NCBI GenBank assembly: GCA_038230935.1
Contig: JBBRMH010000001.1
Location: 2,116 to 66,115 of the forward strand
Reading direction: 5' to 3'
Source: Burkholderiales bacterium
Lineage (GTDB): Bacteria > Pseudomonadota > Gammaproteobacteria > Burkholderiales > Burkholderiaceae_C
DNA: 64,000 nt
Shown here: in pieces, positions 11,029 through 22,324 of the stretch
How positions within the stretch are numbered: the first letter of the stretch is position 1
How the letters are laid out: every line of letters begins with the position of its first letter
Position numbers and translations under genes: made by a program
Notes under the pieces: generated by a model
What the model was told of the DNA's origin: nothing
Databases searched by the model: none
The model's input: only the letters and a program-made list of their open reading frames with translations

Positions 11029-11904
11029 ATGAAGCTTACACATGCCAGGGCGGTAGCCCTGATGGTTCTGGTCACGCTGATGTGGTCGATTGCAGGAGTG
11101 GTAACGCGCCATCTGGAGTCGGCCCGAAGCTTTGAGATCACTTTCTGGCGCAGTTTTTTCACCATGCTTTCGCTGCTGGTGATCTTGCCGGTCTGGCAGG
11201 GGCGGGCTGTGTTTTCACGTATCCGCAGCGGCGGTAGTGCGCTCTGGTTATCTGGGGTGTGCTGGAGCGTGATGTTCACCGCGTTCATGGTGGCTTTGAC
11301 GCTGACCAGCGTGGCCAATGTGCTAGTTACCATGTCGATTGGCCCCTTGCTGACGGCCTTGCTGGCCCGTGTGTTCATCGGCCACCGCATTGCCCCGAGA
11401 ACCTGGCTGGCCATTGGACTGGCAGGCGTTGGCATCGCCTGGATGTATGCAGGCCAGATGGACCTTTCCAGCAATCTGGCCGGAACGCTGGTGGCCCTGC
11501 TGGTGCCTTTAGCGGGTGCCAGCAACTGGACCGTGGTGCAGTACAGCCGCCAGCATGGCAAAAATGTGGACCTGGTGCCGGCTGTGCTGGTGGGCGCTGT
11601 GGTGTCCTCTCTGGTGACGTTGCCACTGTCGTTTCCGTTTTCTGCGACACCGCATGATCTGGGTCTGCTGGCCATGCTCGGCCTGTTTCAGCTGGCTATT
11701 CCGTGCGTATTGTCGGTGCTGTGTGCCGGCGTTCTCAAGGCACCGGAAGTTTCACTGCTGGGTCTGCTGGAGGTTATTTTTGGTATCTTGCTGGCCTGGG
11801 TCGGCGCAGCAGAGGTGCCAGGCTCGAATGTGTTGACCGGCGGTGCGCTGGTCATTGTGGCGCTGGGATTGAATGAATTGATAGGCTGGAGACAAAAAAC
11901 ATGA
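11029..11904 (+). CDS. EamA/DMT-family membrane transporter
   Basis: About 291 aa and roughly 10 TM segments, with two EamA-like halves. The ATG at 11029 directly follows the TTG at 11026. Confidence 0.8.
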   Translation: MKLTHARAVALMVLVTLMWSIAGVVTRHLESARSFEITFWRSFFTMLSLLVILPVWQGRAVFSRIRSGGSALWLSGVCWSVMFTAFMVALTLTSVANVLVTMSIGPLLTALLARVFIGHRIAPRTWLAIGLAGVGIAWMYAGQMDLSSNLAGTLVALLVPLAGASNWTVVQYSRQHGKNVDLVPAVLVGAVVSSLVTLPLSFPFSATPHDLGLLAMLGLFQLAIPCVLSVLCAGVLKAPEVSLLGLLEVIFGILLAWVGAAEVPGSNVLTGGALVIVALGLNELIGWRQKT

Positions 11905-13046
11905 CTGCAGAAGTAACCGGTACTGAATTGAAAAGTGACATTGTTCTGGAGCGGCGCGGCAGTGCCGGGCTGATCACGCTCAACCGCCCCAAAGCGCTCA
12001 ATGCACTGACCCTGCAGATGGTGCGTGACATCGCCGCCGCCTTGCTGGCCTGGCGCGACGACCCGGCTGTGCTGCTGGTCGCCATCCGGGGGACTAACAA
12101 GCACGGGCGACCCGGCACACCCGAAGCCCTGTTTGGTGGTTTTTGCGCGGGCGGCGACATTCGGTTTTTCCATCAGGCCGCAACGTCTGGCGAGGCCACT
12201 TCAGAGGCTGCACTGGCAGCCTTTTTTACCGAGGAATACAGCCTCAACCACCTGATACACACCTATTCCAAGCCATACATTGCGTTCATGGACGGCGTGG
12301 TGATGGGCGGTGGAATGGGCCTGTCGCAAGGCGCAAAAGTCCGCATTGTGACCGAGCACACCAAAATGGCCATGCCAGAGACCAACATTGGCCTTTTCCC
12401 GGACGTGGGCGGCGGCTACTTTCTCAGCCGCTGCCCCGGCCATGTCGGTGAATACCTGGCCCTCACGGGTGAGGTGATCGGTGCAGACGAGGCGATTTCT
12501 TTTGGTCTGGCAGATATCCAACGCGAAGCCGGGCAGCTGGCGGCCATCTGGCATGCACTGGGAGCCCAAATTTTTGACTCAGGTGCAGCAGCAGCGCAAT
12601 GGATTGCTACTGAATTAATAGCTGGTGGCCCACGTAAAGACTGCCCTACAGGGCATATTGACGCGCATTTTTCAAAGTTGCGGGTCAAACACATCGTGGA
12701 CAGTCTGGAGTCTGCCAAAGACGACCCATGGGCGCTCAAAATGGCAGCGGTGCTGCGCAAGCGTTCGCCGCTGATGCTGCACGTCACGCTAGAGCAAGTC
12801 CGCCGCGCACGCAGCATGAGCCTGGCCGACGATTTGCGCATGGAGCGCAACATCGTGCACCAGTGCTTTCATTTGCGACCGGGCGCTGAGAGTGAAACTG
12901 TTGAGGGCATACGCGCACTGGCCGTTGACAAAGACTACAAACCTCAATGGAATCCAGCACGCATCGAAGACGTCAAGCCCGGCATGGCAGACGCGTTTTT
13001 TGAAAGCCCGTGGTCAGCAGATACGCATCCTTTGCGAGACTTGTAG
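11901..13046 (+). CDS. Enoyl-CoA hydratase/isomerase family protein, 3-hydroxyisobutyryl-CoA hydrolase-like
   Basis: ITLNRPKALNAL...FCAGGDIR...YIAFMDGVVMGGGMGLS...MPETNIGLFPDVGGGYFL is the crotonase fold of HIBCH type. The start overlaps the upstream stop by 4 bp. Confidence 0.85.
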   Translation: MTAEVTGTELKSDIVLERRGSAGLITLNRPKALNALTLQMVRDIAAALLAWRDDPAVLLVAIRGTNKHGRPGTPEALFGGFCAGGDIRFFHQAATSGEATSEAALAAFFTEEYSLNHLIHTYSKPYIAFMDGVVMGGGMGLSQGAKVRIVTEHTKMAMPETNIGLFPDVGGGYFLSRCPGHVGEYLALTGEVIGADEAISFGLADIQREAGQLAAIWHALGAQIFDSGAAAAQWIATELIAGGPRKDCPTGHIDAHFSKLRVKHIVDSLESAKDDPWALKMAAVLRKRSPLMLHVTLEQVRRARSMSLADDLRMERNIVHQCFHLRPGAESETVEGIRALAVDKDYKPQWNPARIEDVKPGMADAFFESPWSADTHPLRDL

Positions 13047-13080
13047 CGCAGCGCGCAAACGTCCCTGTAATTTTCCCACT

Positions 13081-13173
13081 CAAGCAGGGGCCGCGGGACT
13101 GGCTTCGCCAGCCCGCAGGCGCAGCGGCCCCCTCGGGGGGCAGCGTCCACACGCAGTGGGAAAGCGTGGGGGC
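13081..13173 (+). repeat. 94-nt GC-rich structured intergenic repeat, copy B
   Basis: See copies A and C. It contains the long imperfect hairpin GGGGCCGCGGGACTGGC-ttc-GCCAGCCCGC..GCGGCCCC and ends 4 nt before the smpB stop. Confidence 0.85.
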
Positions 13174-13177
13174 GACA

Positions 13178-13729
13178 TCACCTGGACTTCATCGCCCGCT
13201 CAACCTCGCGCTTGCCTTCCCGGTCCTTGATGGTGTTGCGTTTGTCGTGCTCACCCTTGCCTTTGGCCAAACCAATTTCACATTTCACCCTGCCAGCCTT
13301 CCAGTGCATGTTCAGCGGCACCAGCGTGAAGCCTTTTTGCTCGACCTTGCCCATCAGCCGTTTGATCTCGGCTTTGTGCATCAACAGTTTTTTGGTGCGC
13401 ACCTTGTCCGGCGTGATGTGGGTTGATGCGGTGCCCAGCGGGTTGATCTGGCAACCGATGATGAAAACTTCACCGTTGCGAATCACGACATAGCCATCGG
13501 TCAGCTGCACTTTGCCTTCGCGCACTGACTTGACTTCCCAGCCTTCAAGCACCATACCCGCTTCAAAGCGCTCTTCAATATGGTAGTTGAACATCGCCTT
13601 TTTATTGTCTGCAATGCGTGTGGCCGCCGCCGCTGCTTTTGGCGACACCTTCACCGGGCGATTGTCTTTTGACTTGCCTGACGATGTGGCGTCGGGTTTT
13701 TTGGAGTGGGATGCTTCTTTGGTGGCCAT
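13178..13729 (-). CDS. smpB: SsrA-binding protein SmpB
   Basis: [35 protein letters not shown]...[19 protein letters not shown] is canonical SmpB. It has a basic N-terminal extension. Confidence 0.93.
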   Translation of the reverse strand: MATKEASHSKKPDATSSGKSKDNRPVKVSPKAAAAATRIADNKKAMFNYHIEERFEAGMVLEGWEVKSVREGKVQLTDGYVVIRNGEVFIIGCQINPLGTASTHITPDKVRTKKLLMHKAEIKRLMGKVEQKGFTLVPLNMHWKAGRVKCEIGLAKGKGEHDKRNTIKDREGKREVERAMKSR

Positions 13730-13784
13730 GGCTGTCAGTTAGGTATGCCATCGACTAATACAATCGTGGCCAACCACTGATTGT

Positions 13785-14231
13785 ATGAAAACCGTTAACA
13801 AGTCCGTTCTGATCTGGTACAGCGCTGCTGAAATGTTTGCTTTGGTCACCGATGTAGCCAGTTACCCGCAATTTTTGCCCTGGTGCGACAAAGCCTCTGT
13901 GGTGGAAGCGTTTGAAGATGGCATGATCGCCAAAGTGGGGTTGTCGATGGCGGGTTTGTCGCAGAGCTTCATCACCCGCAATACCCATATCAAAGACAGC
14001 CAGGTGAACCTGAAGCTCGTCGATGGGCCTTTTTCAAAACTCGATGGCCAGTGGGAGTTCACGCCGGTCGGCAACAACAATGAACGTGCCTGCAAGGTCG
14101 TTTTCAGCCTCAGCTATGACTTTGATAACGTGGCGCTGGCCGCGCTGGTCGGCCCGGTGTTTGACAAGGTCGCTGGAAGTCTAGTCGATGCCTTTGTCAA
14201 GCGTGCGCTGCAACTTTATGAAAAAAATTAG
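13785..14231 (+). CDS. ratA: RatA/CoQ10-like SRPBCC family protein
   Basis: 148 aa in the conserved smpB-divergent ratA-rnfH arrangement. It has a START/polyketide-cyclase-like sequence (VTDVASYPQFLPWC). Confidence 0.85.
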   Translation: MKTVNKSVLIWYSAAEMFALVTDVASYPQFLPWCDKASVVEAFEDGMIAKVGLSMAGLSQSFITRNTHIKDSQVNLKLVDGPFSKLDGQWEFTPVGNNNERACKVVFSLSYDFDNVALAALVGPVFDKVAGSLVDAFVKRALQLYEKN

Positions 14232-14246
14232 CGGTCACGAGACGAC

Positions 14247-14576
14247 GTGAAAGTCTCACTGATCTACTCACCTGAGCCGCGTCAGGTACGCGAGTGGCTG
14301 ATTGATGTGCCCGAAGGCACCAGCGCGGCAGACGCGCTTGAAAGCAGCGGTGTTTTTGAAGCATTCCCGCCATTGAAGGAGGGTGGTCTGCTTCTGGGGG
14401 TGTGGGGACAGCCGGTGGATAACCAGCATATTTTGAAGCCCGCTGACCGTCTGGAGATTTATCGCTGCTTGCTGGTGGACCCGAAGATCGCGCGGCGTGA
14501 GCGGTTCAAGCGCCAGGGCAGCAAGGGAACGGGGCTTTTTGCAGGAGTCCGGGAAGGCGGTAAAGCAGGGTATTAA
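14247..14576 (+). CDS. rnfH: RnfH family ubiquitin-like protein
   Basis: 109 aa with a GTG start, downstream of ratA. The motif LLGVWGQPV...DRLEIYRCLLVDPK is RnfH-like. Confidence 0.82.
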   Translation: MKVSLIYSPEPRQVREWLIDVPEGTSAADALESSGVFEAFPPLKEGGLLLGVWGQPVDNQHILKPADRLEIYRCLLVDPKIARRERFKRQGSKGTGLFAGVREGGKAGY

Positions 14577-14612
14577 GGCGTATTGGGCACAGCTGCAAAG
14601 CTGCGCGCCAGG

Positions 14613-16790
<2,178 letters not shown>

Positions 16791-16802
16791 CCCAGGCAGA
16801 CT

Positions 16803-16839
16803 ACAATTTGGCCTTAATTTAAAATTAAGGCCAAATTGT
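16803..16839. promoter_or_regulatory. Perfect 37-bp palindrome (guaB terminator-like hairpin and/or TA operator)
   Basis: ACAATTTGGCCTTAATTT-a-AAATTAAGGCCAAATTGT with 18-bp perfect arms. It lies 13 nt after the guaB stop, and its right arm ends inside the GTG start of the antitoxin gene. Confidence 0.6.
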
Positions 16840-17104
16840 GCAAATAATTGCTATTGCTCAAGCTAAAAACAACTTTTCTGCCATTCTTCATATGGTCGAG
16901 TCTGGTCAGGACGTTGTATTGACGCGCCACGGCAAGGCCATTGCCAGAATCGTCCCCCAGACCGCTGACCCCATAGCCACAGCCCGAGAGGCTGACACAC
17001 TGCGGCAGGAAGCCACACAATTGCTCAATGCTTTTCGCGCCAAGGTAGCGCCGGGCGCTCCTCTCGATTGGAAAGAACTGCGCGATGCTGGCAAAAAGTA
17101 CTGA
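16838..17104 (+). CDS. Phd/YefM-family antitoxin
   Basis: 88 aa. IAIAQAKNNFSAILHMVESGQDVVLTRHGKAIARIVP is the typical Phd/YefM N-terminal domain. It overlaps the downstream PIN gene by 20 nt. Confidence 0.8.
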   Translation: MQIIAIAQAKNNFSAILHMVESGQDVVLTRHGKAIARIVPQTADPIATAREADTLRQEATQLLNAFRAKVAPGAPLDWKELRDAGKKY

Positions 17105-17558
17105 AAACGCCAGCCCTTTTGCCACTGCCTCTGCCACCACGGTCATTCTGGATTGTTCAGTTGCCATTCCCTGGATTATTCAGGAGCAAAGCAATGCGGC
17201 GATAGACACGCTTTTTCAAGACGGCTACCGCGGTGCTATTTCTCTTGTAGTGCCCGTGCTTTGGTTTGCAGAATGCGGAAACACACTCAATGAAATGGTC
17301 AAAAGAAACCGCCTGAGCCTTGCGCAAGCGCAGGAAGGTTTCAGCATCCTTCGGTACTGCAGAGTACAAGCTGATGCTGCACCGACGATTGAAATTCAAA
17401 GCCGGATTTTGGCGCTTGCCCAGACGCATTGCATTTCCTTCTACGATGCGAGTTATCTTGAACTGGCGGAGCGCCGTCAATCGTTGCTGGCAACCCTGGA
17501 TCACGATTTGCATACGGCTGCCCTTGCTGCTGGCGTGCATTGCCTGAGCTTTTTATAA
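17085..17558 (+). CDS. vapC: PIN-domain toxin (VapC-like)
   Basis: 157 aa with PIN acidic residues in VILDCSV, ECGN, FYDASYLELA and TLDHDL. It is paired with the upstream antitoxin. Confidence 0.8.
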   Translation: MLAKSTENASPFATASATTVILDCSVAIPWIIQEQSNAAIDTLFQDGYRGAISLVVPVLWFAECGNTLNEMVKRNRLSLAQAQEGFSILRYCRVQADAAPTIEIQSRILALAQTHCISFYDASYLELAERRQSLLATLDHDLHTAALAAGVHCLSFL

Positions 17559-17570
17559 ACAAACATAAAC

Positions 17571-19199
17571 ATGCAACACCAGAAAATTCTTATCCTCGAC
17601 TTCGGCTCTCAAGTCACGCAACTGATTGCCCGCCGCGTGCGAGATGCGCATGTTTTTTGTGAAGTTCACCCGTGCGATGTCAGTGACGACTGGATTCGCG
17701 CCTACGCCAAAGACGGTACCCTGAAAGGCATCATTTTGTCGGGCAGCCACGCCAGCGTGTACGAAGACTCGACAGACAAGGCACCGCCTGCCGTCTTCGA
17801 GCTGGGCCTTCCGGTATTGGGTATTTGCTACGGCATGCAGACCATGGCCTGGCAACTGGGCGGCAAGGTAGAAGGCGGGCACAAGCGTGAGTTTGGCCAG
17901 GCAGACGTACGGGCTCGTGGCCACACAAAACTGCTCGAAGGCATCCAGGATTACGCCACGCCCGAGGGGCAGGGCATGCTCAACGTGTGGATGAGCCACG
18001 GCGACAAGGTGACCGAATTGCCGCCTGGCTTCAAACTCATGGCCAGCACAGACAGCTGCCCGATTGCCGGTATGGCCGATGAAGAACGCCACTTTTACGC
18101 GCTGCAGTTCCACCCCGAGGTCACACACACAAAACAGGGCGCTGCCATTCTGGAGCGCTTCGTGCTGGGCATTTGCGGCACCCGCCAGGACTGGGTCATG
18201 GGCGACTACATCAGCGAGGCGGTTGAAAAAATCCGTGCGCAGGTCGGGGACGAAGAGGTCATTCTGGGCCTGTCCGGCGGTGTGGATTCGTCCGTTGCAG
18301 CCGCGCTGATTCACCGTGCGATTGGCGAGCAGCTGACCTGTGTGTTTGTGGACCACGGCCTGTTGCGCTTGAACGAGGGCGACATGGTGATGGACATGTT
18401 TGTCGGCAAGCTGCAAGCCAGAGTCATCCGCGTCGATGCTGCCGATCAGTTTCTGGGCCACCTGGCAGGTGTCAGTGACCCTGAAGCCAAGCGCAAGATC
18501 ATCGGGCGCGAGTTTGTAGAGGTGTTTAAGGCGCAAGCCCAGAGTCTGCGTGCGGGAGACGCTACCAAAAAAGGAGCAAAATGGCTGGCCCAAGGCACCA
18601 TTTACCCGGATGTCATTGAGTCAGGTGGCGCCAAGTCAGGCGGAAGCAAAAAAGCCGTCACCATCAAAAGCCACCACAACGTTGGCGGCCTGCCCGAACA
18701 ACTGGGCCTCAAGCTGCTGGAGCCACTGCGCGAGCTGTTCAAGGACGAAGTGCGTGAACTCGGCGTGGCGTTGGGCCTGCCACACGACATGGTGTACCGC
18801 CACCCGTTCCCCGGCCCTGGCCTGGGCGTGCGTATTTTGGGCGAAGTCAAGAAAGAATATGCCGATTTGCTGCGCCGCGCTGACGCGATTTTTATCGAAG
18901 AACTGCGCAACTTCAAAGACGACGCTACAGGTAAAAACTGGTACGAGCTGACCAGTCAGGCGTTCACTGTCTTTTTACCCGTCAAAAGTGTGGGCGTGAT
19001 GGGGGACGGCCGGACTTATGAGTACGTGGTCGCCCTGCGCGCTGTGCAAACCAGTGACTTCATGACAGCAGATTGGGCGGAGCTGCCTTATTCGCTGCTC
19101 AAGAAGGTGTCTGGACGCATCATTAATGAGGTACGTGGAATCAATCGCGTGACCTATGACGTGAGTTCCAAACCGCCTGCGACGATTGAGTGGGAATAA
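17571..19199 (+). CDS. guaA: GMP synthase (glutamine-hydrolysing)
   Basis: 542 aa with GATase motifs (GICYGMQ, QFHPE), the ATP-PPase SGGVDSSV motif and a canonical C-terminus ...PPATIEWE. Confidence 0.97.
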   Translation: MQHQKILILDFGSQVTQLIARRVRDAHVFCEVHPCDVSDDWIRAYAKDGTLKGIILSGSHASVYEDSTDKAPPAVFELGLPVLGICYGMQTMAWQLGGKVEGGHKREFGQADVRARGHTKLLEGIQDYATPEGQGMLNVWMSHGDKVTELPPGFKLMASTDSCPIAGMADEERHFYALQFHPEVTHTKQGAAILERFVLGICGTRQDWVMGDYISEAVEKIRAQVGDEEVILGLSGGVDSSVAAALIHRAIGEQLTCVFVDHGLLRLNEGDMVMDMFVGKLQARVIRVDAADQFLGHLAGVSDPEAKRKIIGREFVEVFKAQAQSLRAGDATKKGAKWLAQGTIYPDVIESGGAKSGGSKKAVTIKSHHNVGGLPEQLGLKLLEPLRELFKDEVRELGVALGLPHDMVYRHPFPGPGLGVRILGEVKKEYADLLRRADAIFIEELRNFKDDATGKNWYELTSQAFTVFLPVKSVGVMGDGRTYEYVVALRAVQTSDFMTADWAELPYSLLKKVSGRIINEVRGINRVTYDVSSKPPATIEWE

Positions 19200-19370
19200 T
19201 GCGATCACTCGTGCTGTCAAGTTAGTTGTTTAGACAATGATCCCGCAAAACTTGCGATGTGCAACGATGCAAATAGAACAGCGATGATCATCAAAACACC
19301 TCGCGCACTGCTTTCAAAGTGCTCGAATCGCGAATGTTGATTTTGTAAGACAACGTCATACAATTAACGC

Positions 19371-19589
19371 ATGCAAAACCTCCTCACTGTCCGCCTGCCA
19401 GACCTCGAAGCACAATCACTTGACACGCTTTGTCTGGCTACAGGCCGCTCAAGAAGCGAGATTGTCAGAGACGCGTTACGCACTTACAGGCTACGGGAAA
19501 CCCTGCGACAAAGTCATGCGCTTTTGGCCCCCGTGGCGCGTGCTTCCGGCTGGCTCACTGAAGACGACATTCTCAATGACGTTTCATGA
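19371..19589 (+). CDS. Ribbon-helix-helix (CopG-like) antitoxin
   Basis: 72 aa. LTVRLPDLEAQSLDTLCLATGRSRSEIVRDALRTY fits a beta-strand plus two helices. It has an ATGA overlap with the downstream PIN gene. Confidence 0.72.
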   Translation: MQNLLTVRLPDLEAQSLDTLCLATGRSRSEIVRDALRTYRLRETLRQSHALLAPVARASGWLTEDDILNDVS

Positions 19590-19999
19590 AGGTATGTTTA
19601 GACACAAACATCTGGTTATCGGCCACCGTGTTTGCGGGCTTGTGTGAAGACATTCTGGTGCAGTGCGCAGACCGTGGATGGCTGGTGTCAAGCCAGCTCG
19701 TACGTCTGGAAGCACATGACGTGTTGGGAAGAAAGTTTCCTGGACAACCAGAGGCGGCCCGCTTATTTGATGCAGTCTGGCAGAGTTCCATCCTGGTTGA
19801 CGATGTGGCACAACCCGCGCACGATAACGACGAACGACTGGTTCGCGCTGCCCTGATGGCCAGGTGCGACTATTTTGTAACGGGTGACAAGCGGGTTTTG
19901 TCATGGATGCAAAAGCCGCCTGAAGCTCTGGCATTGCAGCAACTGCGTATCGTCCCCCCGCGCGATGCCTGGGGCGAATTGTTCGGCACAAACCCTTAG
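19586..19999 (+). CDS. PIN-family toxin (TIGR00305-like)
   Basis: 137 aa. MKVCLDTNIWLSA... and ...YFVTGDKRVL are conserved acidic PIN motifs. Confidence 0.78.
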   Translation: MKVCLDTNIWLSATVFAGLCEDILVQCADRGWLVSSQLVRLEAHDVLGRKFPGQPEAARLFDAVWQSSILVDDVAQPAHDNDERLVRAALMARCDYFVTGDKRVLSWMQKPPEALALQQLRIVPPRDAWGELFGTNP

Positions 20000-20163
20000 G
20001 GAACCTCTGCATAACTCCCTGCGGTTTGTAGTCAGCCGGGCTTGGGCGGTCTGCTGCGTTGTTTTTCTTACCAATAGCCGTGCTATTGGCTGCAAAAAGA
20101 CGCCTTGCAGCCCATCCCGATCCGGCTGCCACAGCCTCGCCAGAGTTATGCAGAGGGTCCCTA
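19997..20163. repeat. 167-bp element bounded by 21-bp terminal inverted repeats (MITE-like or attC-like)
   Basis: TAGGGAACCTCTGCATAACTC (19997-20017) versus the reverse complement of 20143-20163 (TAGGGACCCTCTGCATAACTC), 20/21 identical. Internal hairpins include CCAATAGC-cgtg-GCTATTGG. Confidence 0.5.
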
Positions 20164-20240
20164 GGAAATGTGATTGGCCGACTGATTTCAAAACGAATGC
20201 AGGGCTGCCAGCGTTGTTCATTGCTGCATTGCGGCTCCAT

Positions 20241-21338
20241 TCAGCCCGAATTTCTGCCCGGCAAACCGTGCTGACCGTTGATTTCCTGAGCCAGCCCCAC
20301 CACGGTCAACGGTGCACACCCCTCGGCCTTGTTGTTGACCGTTATGTAAGCATGATGGCCTGCGTTGGTAGTCGCATTGATCACCTTGGCCAGCGTGGCT
20401 CTGGTTTCCAGATCAACATCGACCAGCTTGTCATAAGGCAGGTAGAGCTTGGCGGCTTCTTCATACCCGTAGGCACCATGCAGGCGGTTCAGGTTCCAGC
20501 GGCACACCAGCGGACCTGGCCAGAGCGCACGCAACATGGGCAACTGGTCCTCAACGGGCGGCATTTTGGCGTGCAGGCCCAGGCAATAGGTGGAACCTGC
20601 TTCGTGCAGCAGCTTCGCAAACGCCGGGGCAAATGCCGGGCTGATCCAGATCGGGTCACGCACTTCCACTGCAACCACTGCGTTGGGCGCTTGTGCGGCC
20701 AGCGAAGGCAGGGCCTGCAGCATGAGTGCCATTCGTTGCAACAGCTCGGGCAGGCGTGCGTGCATGTCCGCAGGCAACGGGCTGATCTGAAACACCAGCA
20801 CGCCCAGCTTGTGCTGCAGGCCCTCTAGAGCGGGTTGTACAAACGTCTGCACAGCCAGCTCGGCGCTTAAAAAGTCAGGGTTGGCTTGTACGGCCCGGCC
20901 ATTCTCACCCCGCACGGTCGCATCAGCCACCAGTGCTGGCGCTTTGACAACAAACCGGAAATCATCACTGACCTGCGCGGCATAGGCGGCGTATTGCGAT
21001 GCCGTGAGCGGGCGGTAAAAAGCCCGGTCCAGGCTCACGGTGCGAAACAAGGGGTGCCGGGCGTAAGCTTGCAGGCCGCTCCTGGCAAGCTGGCCCTCAG
21101 AATACTCGCCATTCCAGACCAGCCCTTTCCAGCCGGGCGAGTTCCATGACGAGGTGCCCAGCCGGGCCAGTGCGGGCAGGGCCGCCGCGAGTTCGACATC
21201 TGCAGTGCTGGGCGGCTGGGGGCGCACGCTTGTTGCCTGCTTGGTACCACCCGCCTTTGCGCGTGGTACGGTCATGCCAGCAATTGGCGCGGTGCTCAGA
21301 TCGCCCTGCGGATCATCGGGAAAGAGCGAATTTTGCAT
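20241..21338 (-). CDS. DUF72 (UPF0759) family protein
   Basis: SSWNSPGWKGLVWNGEYS...LFRTVSLDRAFYRPL...FRFVVKAP... is a DUF72 pattern. The ATG at 21338 is preferred over the upstream TTG at 21386, which would overlap paiB. Confidence 0.78.
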   Translation of the reverse strand: MQNSLFPDDPQGDLSTAPIAGMTVPRAKAGGTKQATSVRPQPPSTADVELAAALPALARLGTSSWNSPGWKGLVWNGEYSEGQLARSGLQAYARHPLFRTVSLDRAFYRPLTASQYAAYAAQVSDDFRFVVKAPALVADATVRGENGRAVQANPDFLSAELAVQTFVQPALEGLQHKLGVLVFQISPLPADMHARLPELLQRMALMLQALPSLAAQAPNAVVAVEVRDPIWISPAFAPAFAKLLHEAGSTYCLGLHAKMPPVEDQLPMLRALWPGPLVCRWNLNRLHGAYGYEEAAKLYLPYDKLVDVDLETRATLAKVINATTNAGHHAYITVNNKAEGCAPLTVVGLAQEINGQHGLPGRNSG

Positions 21339-21379
21339 GTCCGTACAGTTTAATGCGCCCCATAAAGCACTGGAGAGGA

Positions 21380-22036
21380 ATGGCAAAATGCCTCATCAAC
21401 CAGTCGGAGTCAGCCGTGTATATACCTCCTCAATTCAAGGCAAAAGACGACGTACACGCCAGGGCGTTGATGCGCAGCCATCCTTTTGCCTCACTGATCT
21501 CCAACGATGATGACGGCTTGCCCTTTGTCACACCCCTGCCGCTGCATTTTCTTGAGGAGGACGGGGGTATCACATTGCTGGGCCACTGTGCCAGACCCAA
21601 CCCGCACTGGCGCTACCTGCAAGTACGGTCCAAAGCTGTTGTGACGTTTATGGGACCGCAGGCCTATATGACGCCACGTGTGTACCCGGACCTCGCACGG
21701 GTTCCGACATGGAACTATGTGATGGTGCATTGCACGGTTGAAGCAAAAATCATTGACACCTTTGATGACAAGGACCGCCTTCTCAAACACCTGATTGCTG
21801 ACCATGACCCGGCTTATGCCGACCAGTGGCGCGGCCTGGGTGAGGACTATCAGCACAAAATGATGGGTGGCATTGTGGCTTTCGAGCTCAGGGTGCAGAA
21901 CATGCAGTGCAAGATCAAACTCAATCAGCATCGACCCGAGGCCCATGCGGCCATGCAGGCGGCTTACGTTACAGGCAACGACAACGAGCGAGCACTGGCC
22001 CAGTGGATGGATAAACTCGGGCTTTCCGGGCTTTAG
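21380..22036 (+). CDS. paiB: FMN-binding negative transcriptional regulator, PaiB family
   Basis: YIPPQFKAKDDVHARALMRSHPFASLIS...GHCARPNPHW...WNYVMVHC...FELRVQNMQCKIKLNQHR. The ATG at 21380 is preceded by GGAGAGG. Confidence 0.82.
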   Translation: MAKCLINQSESAVYIPPQFKAKDDVHARALMRSHPFASLISNDDDGLPFVTPLPLHFLEEDGGITLLGHCARPNPHWRYLQVRSKAVVTFMGPQAYMTPRVYPDLARVPTWNYVMVHCTVEAKIIDTFDDKDRLLKHLIADHDPAYADQWRGLGEDYQHKMMGGIVAFELRVQNMQCKIKLNQHRPEAHAAMQAAYVTGNDNERALAQWMDKLGLSGL

Positions 22037-22066
22037 GGACTTTCCGAACTTTAAAAAGGCGAAGCC

Positions 22067-22324
22067 ATGCGTTCCATTTTTGGTGTTTTAAGTTTGCTGC
22101 TGGTGCTGGCTGTGGTGGGGCTGCTGGTTAAAAAACAGCTGGCATCCACCCAGCAGGCACTGCCTGCCTTAAGCCTGCCTGCGGCAACATCGGCGGGTAC
22201 AGAGTCCGCGTCCACATCACCTGTCGGCTCGCCTCAGGCGCAGTCACAACAAATCCAGCAGCAGTACAAACAGGCCCTGGACGCCGCCATGCAACAGGCC
22301 AGGCCTGTGCCGGATGAGAAATAG
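22067..22324 (+). CDS. Small membrane-anchored or secreted hypothetical protein
   Basis: 85 aa with an N-terminal hydrophobic helix (IFGVLSLLLVLAVVGLLV) followed by a Ser/Gln/Ala-rich tail. I recognised no family. Confidence 0.45.
   Translation: MRSIFGVLSLLLVLAVVGLLVKKQLASTQQALPALSLPAATSAGTESASTSPVGSPQAQSQQIQQQYKQALDAAMQQARPVPDEK

Noticed and set aside
19584-20828. ORFs of 218 aa (minus strand, 19584-20240) and 314 aa (plus strand, 19884-20828) that cross the PIN toxin, the inverted-repeat element and the DUF72 gene.
   Set aside because: Both are antisense to well-supported genes and run through a non-coding repeat. I recognised no protein features.
21146-21379. A 78-codon N-terminal extension of the paiB ORF, which overlaps the DUF72 gene.
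   Set aside because: The extension is an Arg/Pro-rich antisense translation of the DUF72 gene. An ATG with a Shine-Dalgarno sequence at 21380 gives a normal-length PaiB.
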